DNA of 42,549 nt, from IMG/VR virus record IMGVR_UViG_3300012940_000014, positions 1 through 42,549 of that record. One strand, written 5' to 3'. The notes below the pieces were generated by a model, which did not search any database, was not told the DNA's origin, and saw only the letters and a program-made list of their open reading frames with translations. Positions 33,976 to 42,549 of this stretch are shown in pieces; the first letter of the stretch is position 1; each line of letters begins with the position of its first letter. The translations under genes were made by a program, and so were the position numbers. The stretch comes from a virus (taxonomy: Duplodnaviria; Caudoviricetes).

Positions 33976-34625
33976 CAGATGCGCCTCTGTCGGTAGTGGT
34001 GGAACTTCGCCGCCACCGTGGGAGGCACCTCCCACGATGCCGCTACCGTTGCGAAATCTGAGCCAGACCCAGAGCAGGACACAGAGCGCGTGCCTGCTGA
34101 TGATGGTTGCGCGGCCGCGGTGCCGTGCCTGTTGTTGCTGTTGAAGGGTATGTCCAGGTAGCCGGTCAGATTCGACCACGTAAGCGACCCGCTGGTAGTG
34201 CCTTTACAGCATATCCCAAGCACGATGCCGCCTGCGTAGTCGGTGATGTTGAAACTGGTGCCGCTATTGATCGCCGCGTTCGAGTTGCTCGGCGCCCACG
34301 GCGCCGTCACGCCGTTGAGCGACCACAGCTCACACGATACGCCACTGGTTGTGCCGTTGCACGTGATCACTACGGTGCCGGAACTGCCGGACGGAACCGC
34401 CGCATAAGCTACTGCCGCCTGCCTTGAGCCATCACCTTGCACTCTTTCGACAGTGGCGGCCACCCCGCCGATCGTGACAGACTGCAGCGTGTCGTTGTCG
34501 ATGGCGATCAACGCCACCACGGTCCGATCAGCCCCCGCCGCACCGCCGTAGCTCAGAGACGACAGGGTGTAGACTATCAGGTTGGAAGGATCGTTGGCGT
34601 TCCCGCCACGAGTAAGTGTTGCCAC
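33975..34625 (-). CDS. Beta-rich accessory virion protein
   Basis: SVTIGGVAAT, AAVPSGSSGTVVIT; basic C-terminal tail. Confidence 0.75.
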   Translation of the reverse strand: MATLTRGGNANDPSNLIVYTLSSLSYGGAAGADRTVVALIAIDNDTLQSVTIGGVAATVERVQGDGSRQAAVAYAAVPSGSSGTVVITCNGTTSGVSCELWSLNGVTAPWAPSNSNAAINSGTSFNITDYAGGIVLGICCKGTTSGSLTWSNLTGYLDIPFNSNNRHGTAAAQPSSAGTRSVSCSGSGSDFATVAASWEVPPTVAAKFHHYRQRRI

Positions 34626-34666
34626 TTACTGCACCGTCCCCGTCTTACCGCCGAGGGCTGCGCTCA

Positions 34667-35062
34667 TCACGCCTGATCCAGCGTCACGCGCACGGTGAAG
34701 GTGATGCTGTCCCCGCTCGTAAGGTTCACGGCCGAGAAGTCGCCGTAGATCCCCATATTACCGCCAGCGGGCGGGCTGCCCGTGCCCGCCGCATCAAACG
34801 CCCCCACCTCAGTAATCGCCCGGTTCCCCGCCGCCGTCAGGGTGCCGATGAGCTGGAAGGTGTCTCCCGTGGTGTTCTCGTCCTCCTGGGATGGCGTCGC
34901 CTCGGTGCGCGCCTCAGACGTTCCCGTCTTGCTTGCCAAGTCCGTCGACGTGGCACTCTGGCCCGAGCCCACACCCCATTGCAGGTATCTCGCGCTCGAC
35001 GCATAGGCGACCCACGCGGCCACCGCGTTCGCCAGCCCGAGGTTGGTTACAAGCTGCGCCAT
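34667..35062 (-). CDS. Accessory virion protein (ITEVGAFDA / DFSAVNL..GDSITFT)
   Basis: Motif set seen in phage fibre-anchor domains. Confidence 0.8.
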   Translation of the reverse strand: MAQLVTNLGLANAVAAWVAYASSARYLQWGVGSGQSATSTDLASKTGTSEARTEATPSQEDENTTGDTFQLIGTLTAAGNRAITEVGAFDAAGTGSPPAGGNMGIYGDFSAVNLTSGDSITFTVRVTLDQA

Positions 35063-35217
35063 TTACGCAATCCCCTCATGATGCGCCACGCCAGCCGGCG
35101 GAGCGGGTTCCGATGCCAGTAGCTGATGACGCCTAGATCCTCGACGCGCCCATCTGCTCGCGTCACCACCGCAGCAATCTCGATCTGGGCCGGCCGCCCG
35201 CGCGCTACAGGTTCCAT
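35047..35217 (-). CDS. Small protein (56 aa), absent from the ORF track
   Basis: Manual translation MEPVARGRPAQIEIAAVVTRADGRVEDLGVISYWHRNPLRR...; fills the gap exactly. Confidence 0.75.
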   Translation of the reverse strand: MEPVARGRPAQIEIAAVVTRADGRVEDLGVISYWHRNPLRRLAWRIMRGLRKWRSL

Positions 35218-35858
35218 GGCCGCACCGTCCCCACCATTGTCTTGCCCGCCATCTTTCGCTTGAGCGCCCAGTTGGCCTCCTGCAACGCGTCCTTGGCTAA
35301 CTTCATGCCCGTCTCGTCGCGCAGCAGGTTGCGGTAGATGATCAGCTTTGCCTGCTCGCGGATGAGCGTCTCGCCCTCTGTCATCCAGGCATTGGTGTGG
35401 TTGGCGTCGCTCAGCGGATTGGGCCCGAGGCGAGCGAGGCCGGAAATCGTGATGACATACGAGCCGGCATTCGGTCCGCCTGCGTCAGGAATTGGGAACA
35501 GCCGCAACTGGTTGCCGTAGATGCCGTAGCTGTCGGGCTGGCCGGTGTAGATGGCCGCCGGCGACTGGTATCGGTCGAACCACTGCTGCGTGCGCGGAGT
35601 CAGCGGATACGGCGTGTCCGTCACTGTGATGGTGATGCTGTCGATTTCGAGGATTTCCTCGCCGTCAGCCGTCGTGATGCCGTAGTACTCCTGCCCCGGC
35701 ACCGTATCGAGCAGATAGCGCTTCTCATTGAAGTGGAAGCGCTCGCCTTCCCATACCTTGATGGCGTCGTTGATCGCCTTGTTGAGCTGGGCTTGCGTCA
35801 GGTCATCGCGCAGCGTGTCGTTGATGATCGTCGTGCGCATCACGCCCAATGTCGTCAT
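35205..35858 (-). CDS. Head-tail adaptor
   Basis: MTTLG.M...I..D..RDDL, FHFNE, LRLFPIPD, TNAWMTEGE.LIR. Confidence 0.82.
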   Translation of the reverse strand: MTTLGVMRTTIINDTLRDDLTQAQLNKAINDAIKVWEGERFHFNEKRYLLDTVPGQEYYGITTADGEEILEIDSITITVTDTPYPLTPRTQQWFDRYQSPAAIYTGQPDSYGIYGNQLRLFPIPDAGGPNAGSYVITISGLARLGPNPLSDANHTNAWMTEGETLIREQAKLIIYRNLLRDETGMKLAKDALQEANWALKRKMAGKTMVGTVRPWNL

Positions 35859-35909
35859 GGTCGGCCCTCGAAGGTGGCGGGGGCGGCATTGTCCGCCCTC
35901 GCCTTACCG

Positions 35910-36308
35910 TCACTCAAGCTCATCGGGCCCGATGTACTCGATGATGATGGAGCCTGCGCCGGTCGTGCCGTCGCCCGTCGCAGCCGTCGTCGGGGCGAAG
36001 TAGACCGTCTTGTCCGTCGCGACGAACACATCCGCAGCCGCGATGTCACCTGCGTCGATGACCGGGCTGTTGATGTCCATGGCCGCCCCGATCTCATCGC
36101 CGCCGAGGGTGAAGCCCACGTCGAGATCATCAGCGGTCGTGTCGTTGAAGGCCGCGGACGTTACGACGGTCTGTCGCAAAATCCGCGACCCGCGCGGCAG
36201 GATACCAACCACGCCGCCGCCCTTTGCAAGGTCGGCGAACGTGAAGTCCTTGCGCAGGTAGGCCACCTGCTGCCCTACCGGCCGTCTGGCCGTTGAGCCC
36301 TGTCCCAT
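35910..36308 (-). CDS. Capsid decoration/cement-like protein
   Basis: VGILP.G..IL...V....AFN motif; directly after the capsid gene. Confidence 0.72.
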   Translation of the reverse strand: MGQGSTARRPVGQQVAYLRKDFTFADLAKGGGVVGILPRGSRILRQTVVTSAAFNDTTADDLDVGFTLGGDEIGAAMDINSPVIDAGDIAAADVFVATDKTVYFAPTTAATGDGTTGAGSIIIEYIGPDELE

Positions 36309-36348
36309 TCTACTCTCCTATCGGGATTTCAGATCAGCCGGGGCCGGA

Positions 36349-37452
36349 TCACGCCTCAGGTGCCGGCAGCGACGTGTGCGCAGCGGCATACGAGGACATG
36401 ACGACGACGGCGAAGTCGTTGCTGTTGTAAGTCGACTTCTTGAGGCCAGCGATGCAGCCCGCCTTCACGCCGAGCTTGTTGCCGTAGTCGAAGAGCTGCT
36501 CGAACCAGTCGTAGGTGGACTTGTCGTGCCCCTCTCCGAAGCCGCACACGGCCGCCTGAGCGCCGCACAACACCGCGCGCCGCACATTCGCCTGCACCGC
36601 CCCAGAGGACGCATGCACGCCCTGGGTGATGCGGGTGGATTCGTGCAGCACCACGCCGTTGTACTCGCCGAGCGCGCCCGTGAAGATCGGGTTGCTGGCC
36701 TTCGACCCACCCTGCAATGCAGACTTGTGGATGTCGTACCAGAGCACCGGCTTCGACGGATCGGTGGACGTCTGCGTGCGCAGGTCTGTCACCTGGAAGG
36801 GGTGCAGGAACGCGACGAAGTAGTCCTTGCCGTCAACCTTCACAGGCCGCATCGGCGGGACGACGCCCGTCTGCCCAACCTTGGCGTTCTCCACGGCCAG
36901 ATCAATCAGGCCGAGCGAGAACTCCATGCCCGTGGTGAGGCTCTGCTCGTTCGAGACGCCACCGGCAAACACGCGCCGGGTCGGTGCCGACGTCGGGTTC
37001 ATGCCGGAGAAGCGCGGATCCACGACGGGCGTGTAGCCGCACACCTGGTTGAAGAACCACGTGTCCCAGCGATCAGCCCACCAATCGGCGAGGCCACCTT
37101 GCGCCTCGTCACGGATCGAGAAGGGGATGCGCTGTTCGCTCATCGTGCCTTCCGACCGAACCGCATGGCGGAGCTGGTTGATGACGACGTTATCCGTCCA
37201 GGTGGTGAGGCTCTCCTCGTTGCCCTCCAGGTTGGCGTCGCCCAGCGTGCCATCGCCGGTGAGCTGCATGCGCAGGGTCATGCGGATGCTGTCGCCGGGG
37301 TTCTTCTGCGTCTCGTTCTTGATCTGCACGATGGAATCGGCGCCCGATCCCATGAAGCGCTTCACATAGGTCTTCTTCAGTGCCTCTCGGGCCAGCTTGC
37401 GCGACCAGAGCTTCACTGCTTCCGGCGCGTTTGTGCCGTATGCGGTGTCCAT
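36349..37452 (-). CDS. Major capsid protein (N4-gp56/DUF4043-like)
   Basis: VKLWS..L, GD.I...L, LEGNEE.L, INQLRHAV, NPIFTGALG.YNGV.LHE, LCGAQA; ATG 37452 lies 7 nt after GGAG. Confidence 0.92.
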   Translation of the reverse strand: MDTAYGTNAPEAVKLWSRKLAREALKKTYVKRFMGSGADSIVQIKNETQKNPGDSIRMTLRMQLTGDGTLGDANLEGNEESLTTWTDNVVINQLRHAVRSEGTMSEQRIPFSIRDEAQGGLADWWADRWDTWFFNQVCGYTPVVDPRFSGMNPTSAPTRRVFAGGVSNEQSLTTGMEFSLGLIDLAVENAKVGQTGVVPPMRPVKVDGKDYFVAFLHPFQVTDLRTQTSTDPSKPVLWYDIHKSALQGGSKASNPIFTGALGEYNGVVLHESTRITQGVHASSGAVQANVRRAVLCGAQAAVCGFGEGHDKSTYDWFEQLFDYGNKLGVKAGCIAGLKKSTYNSNDFAVVVMSSYAAAHTSLPAPEA

Positions 37453-37515
37453 GCACACACTCCATGCGCCCGCGCGCTATCGCGCCGGGCTGCGTTGCTA
37501 CTCACGTTTGGGGTG

Positions 37516-37644
37516 CGCTCGGATTGACGCCTCTGAGCAGGCGAGGGCGGTTGATTACAGCTCAATGCCGAAAGCTGCCGGCCTTTAACGCGGGCCGGGC
37601 TCGAGGTCGTGTGTGCATCAGATGACGCCCTGATGCGCGGCGAA
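37516..37644 (-). ncRNA. Four tandem pseudoknot-like RNA units in the capsid leader
   Basis: Units 37644-613, 37605-578, 37572-551 and 37545-516 share YUCGNN-stem-NNYG-U(Y)A-stem. Confidence 0.65.
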
Positions 37645-37649
37645 AGTCG

Positions 37650-38681
37650 TTAGCCCAGCTTGCCAGCGCGGGCCATCTTGTCCCACTCTCGGTCGAAGGC
37701 CTCGGGATCGGACGCGTAAAGCTCGGTTAGATCCGCGATGCTCAGCCCGTTGTCAGGACCGCCGCCAGTGCCGCCGCCAATGCTCTTGGCTGCCTTCTGC
37801 CCGCGGCGCGTGGCGTCCAACTGCTGCTGTGCCGGCGTCTTCTGCTGCCCGCCCGGTGCGGCTGGCTTGTAGCCTCGCTGCTTGGCGAGATTGTAATAGA
37901 GCTGCGCCGGCGACTGCCCCAGCATGATGGCCTGCTGCGCAACCGTAATGCGGTCCTGGTTGAGGATGGCCGCTCGCAGATGCGCTACGCTCGGCAGCCC
38001 ATAGTGCTGCGCCATCGCGATCGCCTGCGGGTTGTCGTCGCCGTAGATCGCCTCTAGCTCCGCTACGCGCCCGGCCTCCAGATGCTGGCACGCAGCGTCG
38101 TAATCCGGCGTGGTGGCGCGAATGGCCACTTCTGACTGGGCAACAGTGTTGACGAAGGCCTGCTGCTGCTGCGACTGCTCGAATTGCTGCTGCGTCTGCG
38201 TGTTGCCGGTGCGCAGCTCGTCGATGGTGCGCTGCATCTGCGCAAGTTGGCCCGTGAAGTGCCCGATCGGGTCTTCCTCGATCGTCGGCAGCTTCGGTTC
38301 TTCCCGCTGCTGTTCCTGGGGCTGCTGGCGCTGGGTGCGCAGGCTGTTGATGAGGGCCGTGACGCCATTGAGCTGCTCGGTGACGCGCCGCTCGCTCTCG
38401 CGCGCCGCCCTGAGCGCCTTCTGGACGTTCTGGTGCTCCTCGTAGGCTACAGGGCCGCGCTGCTGCTGCTCACCACCTTCGCCCTCCGCACCGGCATCCG
38501 CGCCGCCGTCGCCTTCGCCCTGAGCGCCCTGTGCGCCATCCGCGGGCTGCTGCCCCTCGTCCGCGCCCTCATCTCCTTCATCGCCAAGCTCAGCCGCCAG
38601 GGCCGCCCAGCGAGCGTTCTCGGCCGCGTCGGCCCCACCATTGGCCTCGGCAGCGTTTCCACCTTCCACACCGTTCGTCAT
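37650..38681 (-). CDS. Scaffolding protein
   Basis: Acidic N-terminus, coiled coil, EDPIG motif; between portal and capsid. Confidence 0.85.
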   Translation of the reverse strand: MTNGVEGGNAAEANGGADAAENARWAALAAELGDEGDEGADEGQQPADGAQGAQGEGDGGADAGAEGEGGEQQQRGPVAYEEHQNVQKALRAARESERRVTEQLNGVTALINSLRTQRQQPQEQQREEPKLPTIEEDPIGHFTGQLAQMQRTIDELRTGNTQTQQQFEQSQQQQAFVNTVAQSEVAIRATTPDYDAACQHLEAGRVAELEAIYGDDNPQAIAMAQHYGLPSVAHLRAAILNQDRITVAQQAIMLGQSPAQLYYNLAKQRGYKPAAPGGQQKTPAQQQLDATRRGQKAAKSIGGGTGGGPDNGLSIADLTELYASDPEAFDREWDKMARAGKLG

Positions 38682-40822
38682 GCAGCTTCCGTCCTCTGCT
38701 CGGCACCGGGCTTCGGCAACATTGCCTGCTGCGCCTTGTGCTCGCTCACCGTCATGTCAATTTCGGCCTTGCGGGCCTGTTGGTTGAGGCTGGCCTCTGC
38801 CGCCTCGATCTTCGCCTGTGTCTGCATCAGCGTTGCTTGCAGCTTGGCCTCCAGCTCACGCAGGCGCAGCTCGTGCTCTTCGCGCTTCAGCGCCATTTCC
38901 TGCTGCGATTGGGCCGCTTCCATCTCGGCCTGTCCGCGCTGCATCTCCATCTGGAGCTGCGCCTTCACCTGTTCCAGCTCGAGCTGAGCCTTCACCTTCA
39001 TCATGTTCGGGTCAGGTGGTGGTGGCTGCTGCGATGCCTTGGAGATCACCTGATTGATCTTCGAGGATACGGACGATGGCAGCGGCGAGTACTCGATGAG
39101 GATGGACCACACCTCCGGTGGCACGTTCAGCTTGGCCAGCATCGGCATCATGGCCTGCATCATCTGCCACGTTGCTTCCTTCTGGTTCGGCGACATCGGC
39201 GCCTCATCCACGATCACGTCATAGGTGGCCACGTCCTTGTCGCGCACCAGCGGCGCATACTTCACCGTCGAATCCTGCCCCTTGATGCGGATCAGACGGC
39301 CGTCAGAGATGTAATTCTGGATGAAGAACAGCCGCACGCGACCCTTCTCCTTGCGGTAGCGCCGGAGGCTGTCGAAGAACGCCGCCAGCACTGCATAGCC
39401 CGCCTTCTTGCGCTGGGCCTCCAGCACGCCTGCCTGCTCGCGGTCGACGAGCCCGAGCATCTCCAGGTTGATGCCTGAGGTCTGCGGCAGGTTGTTAAGC
39501 GCGAACTCCATCAGCCGGTCGAGGCCTTGCGGATAGTTCTTCGCCGTCCGCTCCTGCACCGCCGCGCCACCCGGGCGGGAGAGTGAGCCCGCTTTGAGCT
39601 CGATCGCGGCATCAGGCTTGGCCCAATCCTCCAGCGCCTTGCGCGGGTTCGCAAACGTTTCGCTCTCGTAGAGCAGGCCGCCCTTCGCGGCCGTGTTCAG
39701 GATGTGCATGATCTGCACAAAGAACTTGTTGCCCCACATCTGCGGGTCGACCATCGCGCGCACGGCGCCATACCAGGTGTTCCTGTTGCGATCGCGCTTG
39801 CCGGTAATGCACTTGAACGTGAAGGCGTTGGCGTCGATGTCGCCATGATCCAGGATCACGTCACCGCACACGATGGCGAACTTGTAGCGGTTCTGGGTGA
39901 TCTTCACCGCGCGCGGCGGGCGCATGCCCTGCGCCAGGAACATCTCGCCAATCTGCTGCAGCTTCTTCTTGTCGACGGTGATGGCCTTGCCTGTAGCCTG
40001 ATCCTCAAGCCGATAGGCCGGCTCTTTGTCGAACCACTGAAAGTGCCTGATCCAGACGCGCCGGCGGTCCGCCTCGTTGCGGCCATCGGTATCCACACCC
40101 TCGCCACGCTCGTAGTCGTCGCGTGGTCCGGTGTGCCCGGTGCGCATGTCGTCATCGTCAACGCCAGAGCGCCCCGTCCCGCTCGGAAGCCGCCTGCGCC
40201 AGTCCTCCGGCAAGTCGTCTCGATCGCGCCAGCGTGCTCGCAACTGGTAACGCCGGTCTGAGAGGCAGCGCTTGCGGGCATGCGGATCCCACCACATCTC
40301 GCCAGGGTCCACGCGGTGGTCGAGGAGACGCCCCTCCGGGTCCTCGTCGTAGTCCATCACCGTCTCGGTCCAGCCCATGCCGCAGATGACGGTATCTGCG
40401 AAGGCGTCCGATTCCTCGTCCTCGGTGTCGCCCAGCTCCCGCGCCCACTCGTCGGCGGCGGTGATCAGCTCGTTGACCTGCACATCACCAATCTCGCGTG
40501 GGGAGTAGCGCACCTCTTGGCGGTTGAGGATTTCCGCACCGCATACGGCATCCACCATGGGAGCCACGCGGTTGAAGGTCACCGGCTGGCGCATCTGGTC
40601 CAGCAGCGCGCTCTTGTCGTCGGATGACCACTGATGCCCGGCCACGAAGTCATAGGCCAACTGCATCTCCTCGCGCCATTTGGAGGAATGCGACTTTGAA
40701 GCCCGCTCCCACCGGTTCAGGCGCTTAAGCAGCTTCTCGTCCGCCTCGCTCAGCTCGAGCTTGGTCGCCCGGTTCTCGTCCTCGTCGTCGCGCTCGTCAC
40801 CCCAGGCGTCGACGCTGCTCAT
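38678..40822 (-). CDS. Portal protein (P22-like)
   Basis: FVAGHQW, P.TFNR..P.VD.V.G.E, CGMGW, C-terminal Gln-rich barrel helix; ATGA overlap at 40822. Confidence 0.92.
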   Translation of the reverse strand: MSSVDAWGDERDDEDENRATKLELSEADEKLLKRLNRWERASKSHSSKWREEMQLAYDFVAGHQWSSDDKSALLDQMRQPVTFNRVAPMVDAVCGAEILNRQEVRYSPREIGDVQVNELITAADEWARELGDTEDEESDAFADTVICGMGWTETVMDYDEDPEGRLLDHRVDPGEMWWDPHARKRCLSDRRYQLRARWRDRDDLPEDWRRRLPSGTGRSGVDDDDMRTGHTGPRDDYERGEGVDTDGRNEADRRRVWIRHFQWFDKEPAYRLEDQATGKAITVDKKKLQQIGEMFLAQGMRPPRAVKITQNRYKFAIVCGDVILDHGDIDANAFTFKCITGKRDRNRNTWYGAVRAMVDPQMWGNKFFVQIMHILNTAAKGGLLYESETFANPRKALEDWAKPDAAIELKAGSLSRPGGAAVQERTAKNYPQGLDRLMEFALNNLPQTSGINLEMLGLVDREQAGVLEAQRKKAGYAVLAAFFDSLRRYRKEKGRVRLFFIQNYISDGRLIRIKGQDSTVKYAPLVRDKDVATYDVIVDEAPMSPNQKEATWQMMQAMMPMLAKLNVPPEVWSILIEYSPLPSSVSSKINQVISKASQQPPPPDPNMMKVKAQLELEQVKAQLQMEMQRGQAEMEAAQSQQEMALKREEHELRLRELEAKLQATLMQTQAKIEAAEASLNQQARKAEIDMTVSEHKAQQAMLPKPGAEQRTEAA

Positions 40823-41037
40823 TCTAGGGGCTTGCCTTTCGCCAGACGCGGGCGCCACGCGTGCCATGCGTACCTGGCTATCCGCTCTGCCTGCATGCGC
40901 ACGTTGGCGTCATCCCTTCCTGCTGCTGCGATTGCTGCGCTCACCACCTCGGCCCCGTAGGCCTGCTGGGTCATGCTGTCCGGCGCTGGGAGCAGCGCAC
41001 GGGCCTTCTCTCGGGCTGCGGTGGCGAATTCATCCAC
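40819..41037 (-). CDS. Hypothetical protein
   Basis: Tiles between TerL and portal. Confidence 0.6.
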   Translation of the reverse strand: MDEFATAAREKARALLPAPDSMTQQAYGAEVVSAAIAAAGRDDANVRMQAERIARYAWHAWRPRLAKGKPLE

Positions 41038-41143
41038 GGCGCACCCACCAGTAGAATGCCGCCATCCTGGTTACGTCCCCCGGCCTGCGGTGCTTCTTCT
41101 GGAACACGCGATTGACGAGCTGCCCCAGTGTTAAGCCGCCCAT
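41030..41143 (-). CDS. Possible 37-aa protein
   Basis: ATG 41143 overlaps the TerL end and fills the gap. Confidence 0.35.
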   Translation of the reverse strand: MGGLTLGQLVNRVFQKKHRRPGDVTRMAAFYWWVRRG

Positions 41144-42549
41144 GCCGAGCCCCTGGAGCGCGGCCGTGCATACTTGTCCGTCGGCGGCGGCACATAATCC
41201 GGTGTGAACCCGCATGCACCCGTCATCAGCGCATCGGCGCCGTGCGAGGCCCAGTTGTGCAGCGGCTCGCTCTTGTAGTGCATGTTATTGGGATCCCACT
41301 CCTTGGTGTAGTTATCGAGGCAGCGGATGCCTTGCCCGCAGTACTCCTCGTCAATCCAGCACATCGTGAGCCAGTTGCGGCCCGCCTCGATCGCATCTTG
41401 CTTGTTGGGGATGCGCGGCACGACGATGAAGGGAATCCCCAGCTCGCGCGCCACGTCCACGACTTTCTTCTGGCCGGCCAGTATCCAGTGCGTGTTGTCG
41501 AGGTCGTGTGGGCCCAAGTGCTTGCCATATGTGAACCCGCGCTCCTGCGCCACCTCGCGCAGATACCGGGCGTAGAACTCCACGCCCTCGCCGCTGTTCT
41601 CGTAGTAGTGCACCAGGTGGATCATCTGGCCGTGCGCCTGGAAGAACCAGATGGCGGTGTTGTCGTCCTTGCCGATGTCCCAGCACGTATGCACCGGCCG
41701 TGATGGGTCGAGTGGAACGCGGCCGATGCGGCGCTGCTCGCGCGCCTTGGTCATCTGCGTCTTGAAGTATGCGCCCTCAAGCGACACCTTGAACGCCTCC
41801 TCCGGATAGCTCGGATACTCGCGCCACATATCGTCCGGCCCGATCTTTCCGCGCTGCACCGCGTACCAGGCGCGCTGCCAGTCATCGAGCTTCACGCCGT
41901 GCTTGGCCTCGATGTCAGCGAAGTACTCGCCCAGCTCCTTCTGGATCACGACCAGCGCAGGATCGGTGCGGTACTGCCGGCGCATCTGCCAGGGCAGGAA
42001 GATCAGCTTGAAGTCCAGCGGCGTCAGGTGCCGGCCTTCCTGCTGGGCGCGCATCGCCTCCATAGTGAGGTCGTAGAAGTCGCCCGCTGCCCCTTCCGCC
42101 GTGCTCTCGACAAACACCGTGTTGCCGGGGTGGATGGTGCCGAAGGCGCCCGTTCTGATCTCTCGCGACCGCTTGGGCGTCGTCGCTGCAATCTTGCCCA
42201 TTTCCGAGACGTGCAGGATTTGCAGCGTGCCGCCGCGATGCGACGTGCCGACGGAGATGCTGGAGCCGTTCTTGAACTCCAACTCCGTATTGTTGGCCTT
42301 CTTGATCGGGACCGCCTTACGGAACTCCGCCGGCAGGTTCTGGTAGGCGTGCTTGGCCTTATCCAGCTTCTTCTCGGCATCGCCCAACGTGGCATCGACG
42401 ACGCCGCACTGCGTGTTGGGATAGAACAGCGCCGCATCGAGCATCAGCATGACGATGAGCGTTGAGATGCCGTGCTGGCGCCCCTTCAGGATCAGGTTCC
42501 AGTACCAGACCATCCGCATCATCGCGGCCTGCACGTCATTCATCACGAA
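41131..42549 (-). CDS. terL: Terminase large subunit (main part)
   Basis: LKGRQHGIST Walker A, LHVSE Walker B, ESTAEG, WDIG..D nuclease motif, H.WASHGADA. Confidence 0.96.
   Translation of the reverse strand, partial: FVMNDVQAAMMRMVWYWNLILKGRQHGISTLIVMLMLDAALFYPNTQCGVVDATLGDAEKKLDKAKHAYQNLPAEFRKAVPIKKANNTELEFKNGSSISVGTSHRGGTLQILHVSEMGKIAATTPKRSREIRTGAFGTIHPGNTVFVESTAEGAAGDFYDLTMEAMRAQQEGRHLTPLDFKLIFLPWQMRRQYRTDPALVVIQKELGEYFADIEAKHGVKLDDWQRAWYAVQRGKIGPDDMWREYPSYPEEAFKVSLEGAYFKTQMTKAREQRRIGRVPLDPSRPVHTCWDIGKDDNTAIWFFQAHGQMIHLVHYYENSGEGVEFYARYLREVAQERGFTYGKHLGPHDLDNTHWILAGQKKVVDVARELGIPFIVVPRIPNKQDAIEAGRNWLTMCWIDEEYCGQGIRCLDNYTKEWDPNNMHYKSEPLHNWASHGADALMTGACGFTPDYVPPPTDKYARPRSRGSAWAA
42427..42549. 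repeat. 123-bp terminal overlap identical to 1-123
   Basis: Exact match to the window start. Confidence 0.97.

Noticed and set aside
36376-37527. Long plus-strand ORFs opposite capsid, terminase, ejection and helicase genes
   Set aside because: Antisense shadows typical of high-GC coding DNA, with no recognisable motifs.

Overview
This window looks like the complete, circularly assembled genome of a temperate, short-tailed (P22-like portal, ejection proteins, no tape-measure gene) GC-rich phage of Alphaproteobacteria. Bases 1-123 are identical to 42427-42549, giving about 42,426 unique bp, and the terminase large subunit reads straight through the join. Layout: (i) a control region (8760-9640) with an HTH repressor, three GGATAAA-N5-TTTATCC-type operators and two outward-facing promoters; (ii) a rightward early operon (9659-19223) with a His-rich QGDV protein, a DUF6745-like protein carrying 20 tandem 12-bp repeats, a Rad52/Sak annealase, an exonuclease, a DnaA domain-IV protein, a J-domain protein, Xis and a tyrosine integrase, ending at an intact attP (3' half of tRNA-Pro); (iii) a leftward replication operon (8759-1559) with RusA, GcrA, an O-like initiator with iterons, a frame-split primase-helicase, GapR-like and Q-like genes; (iv) a late operon from ~1560 across the join down to 19376 (membrane proteins, TerS, TerL, portal, scaffold, capsid, adaptor, accessory virion genes, ejection proteins, HNH, tail protein, endolysin, spanins). 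The most unusual signals are mostly non-coding or translational: four tandem, covarying pseudoknot-like units in the capsid leader; an HNH cassette that captured a tail gene's start codon and left it an apparent AUC start; a primase zinc finger encoded in a second frame from a twin start site; a three-hairpin C-rich leader RNA; a candidate antisense RNA to gcrA; several other strand-specific structured RNAs; and the QGDV/DUF6745 repeat module. All protein calls come from motif recognition and all RNA folds were derived by hand; no searches were run.
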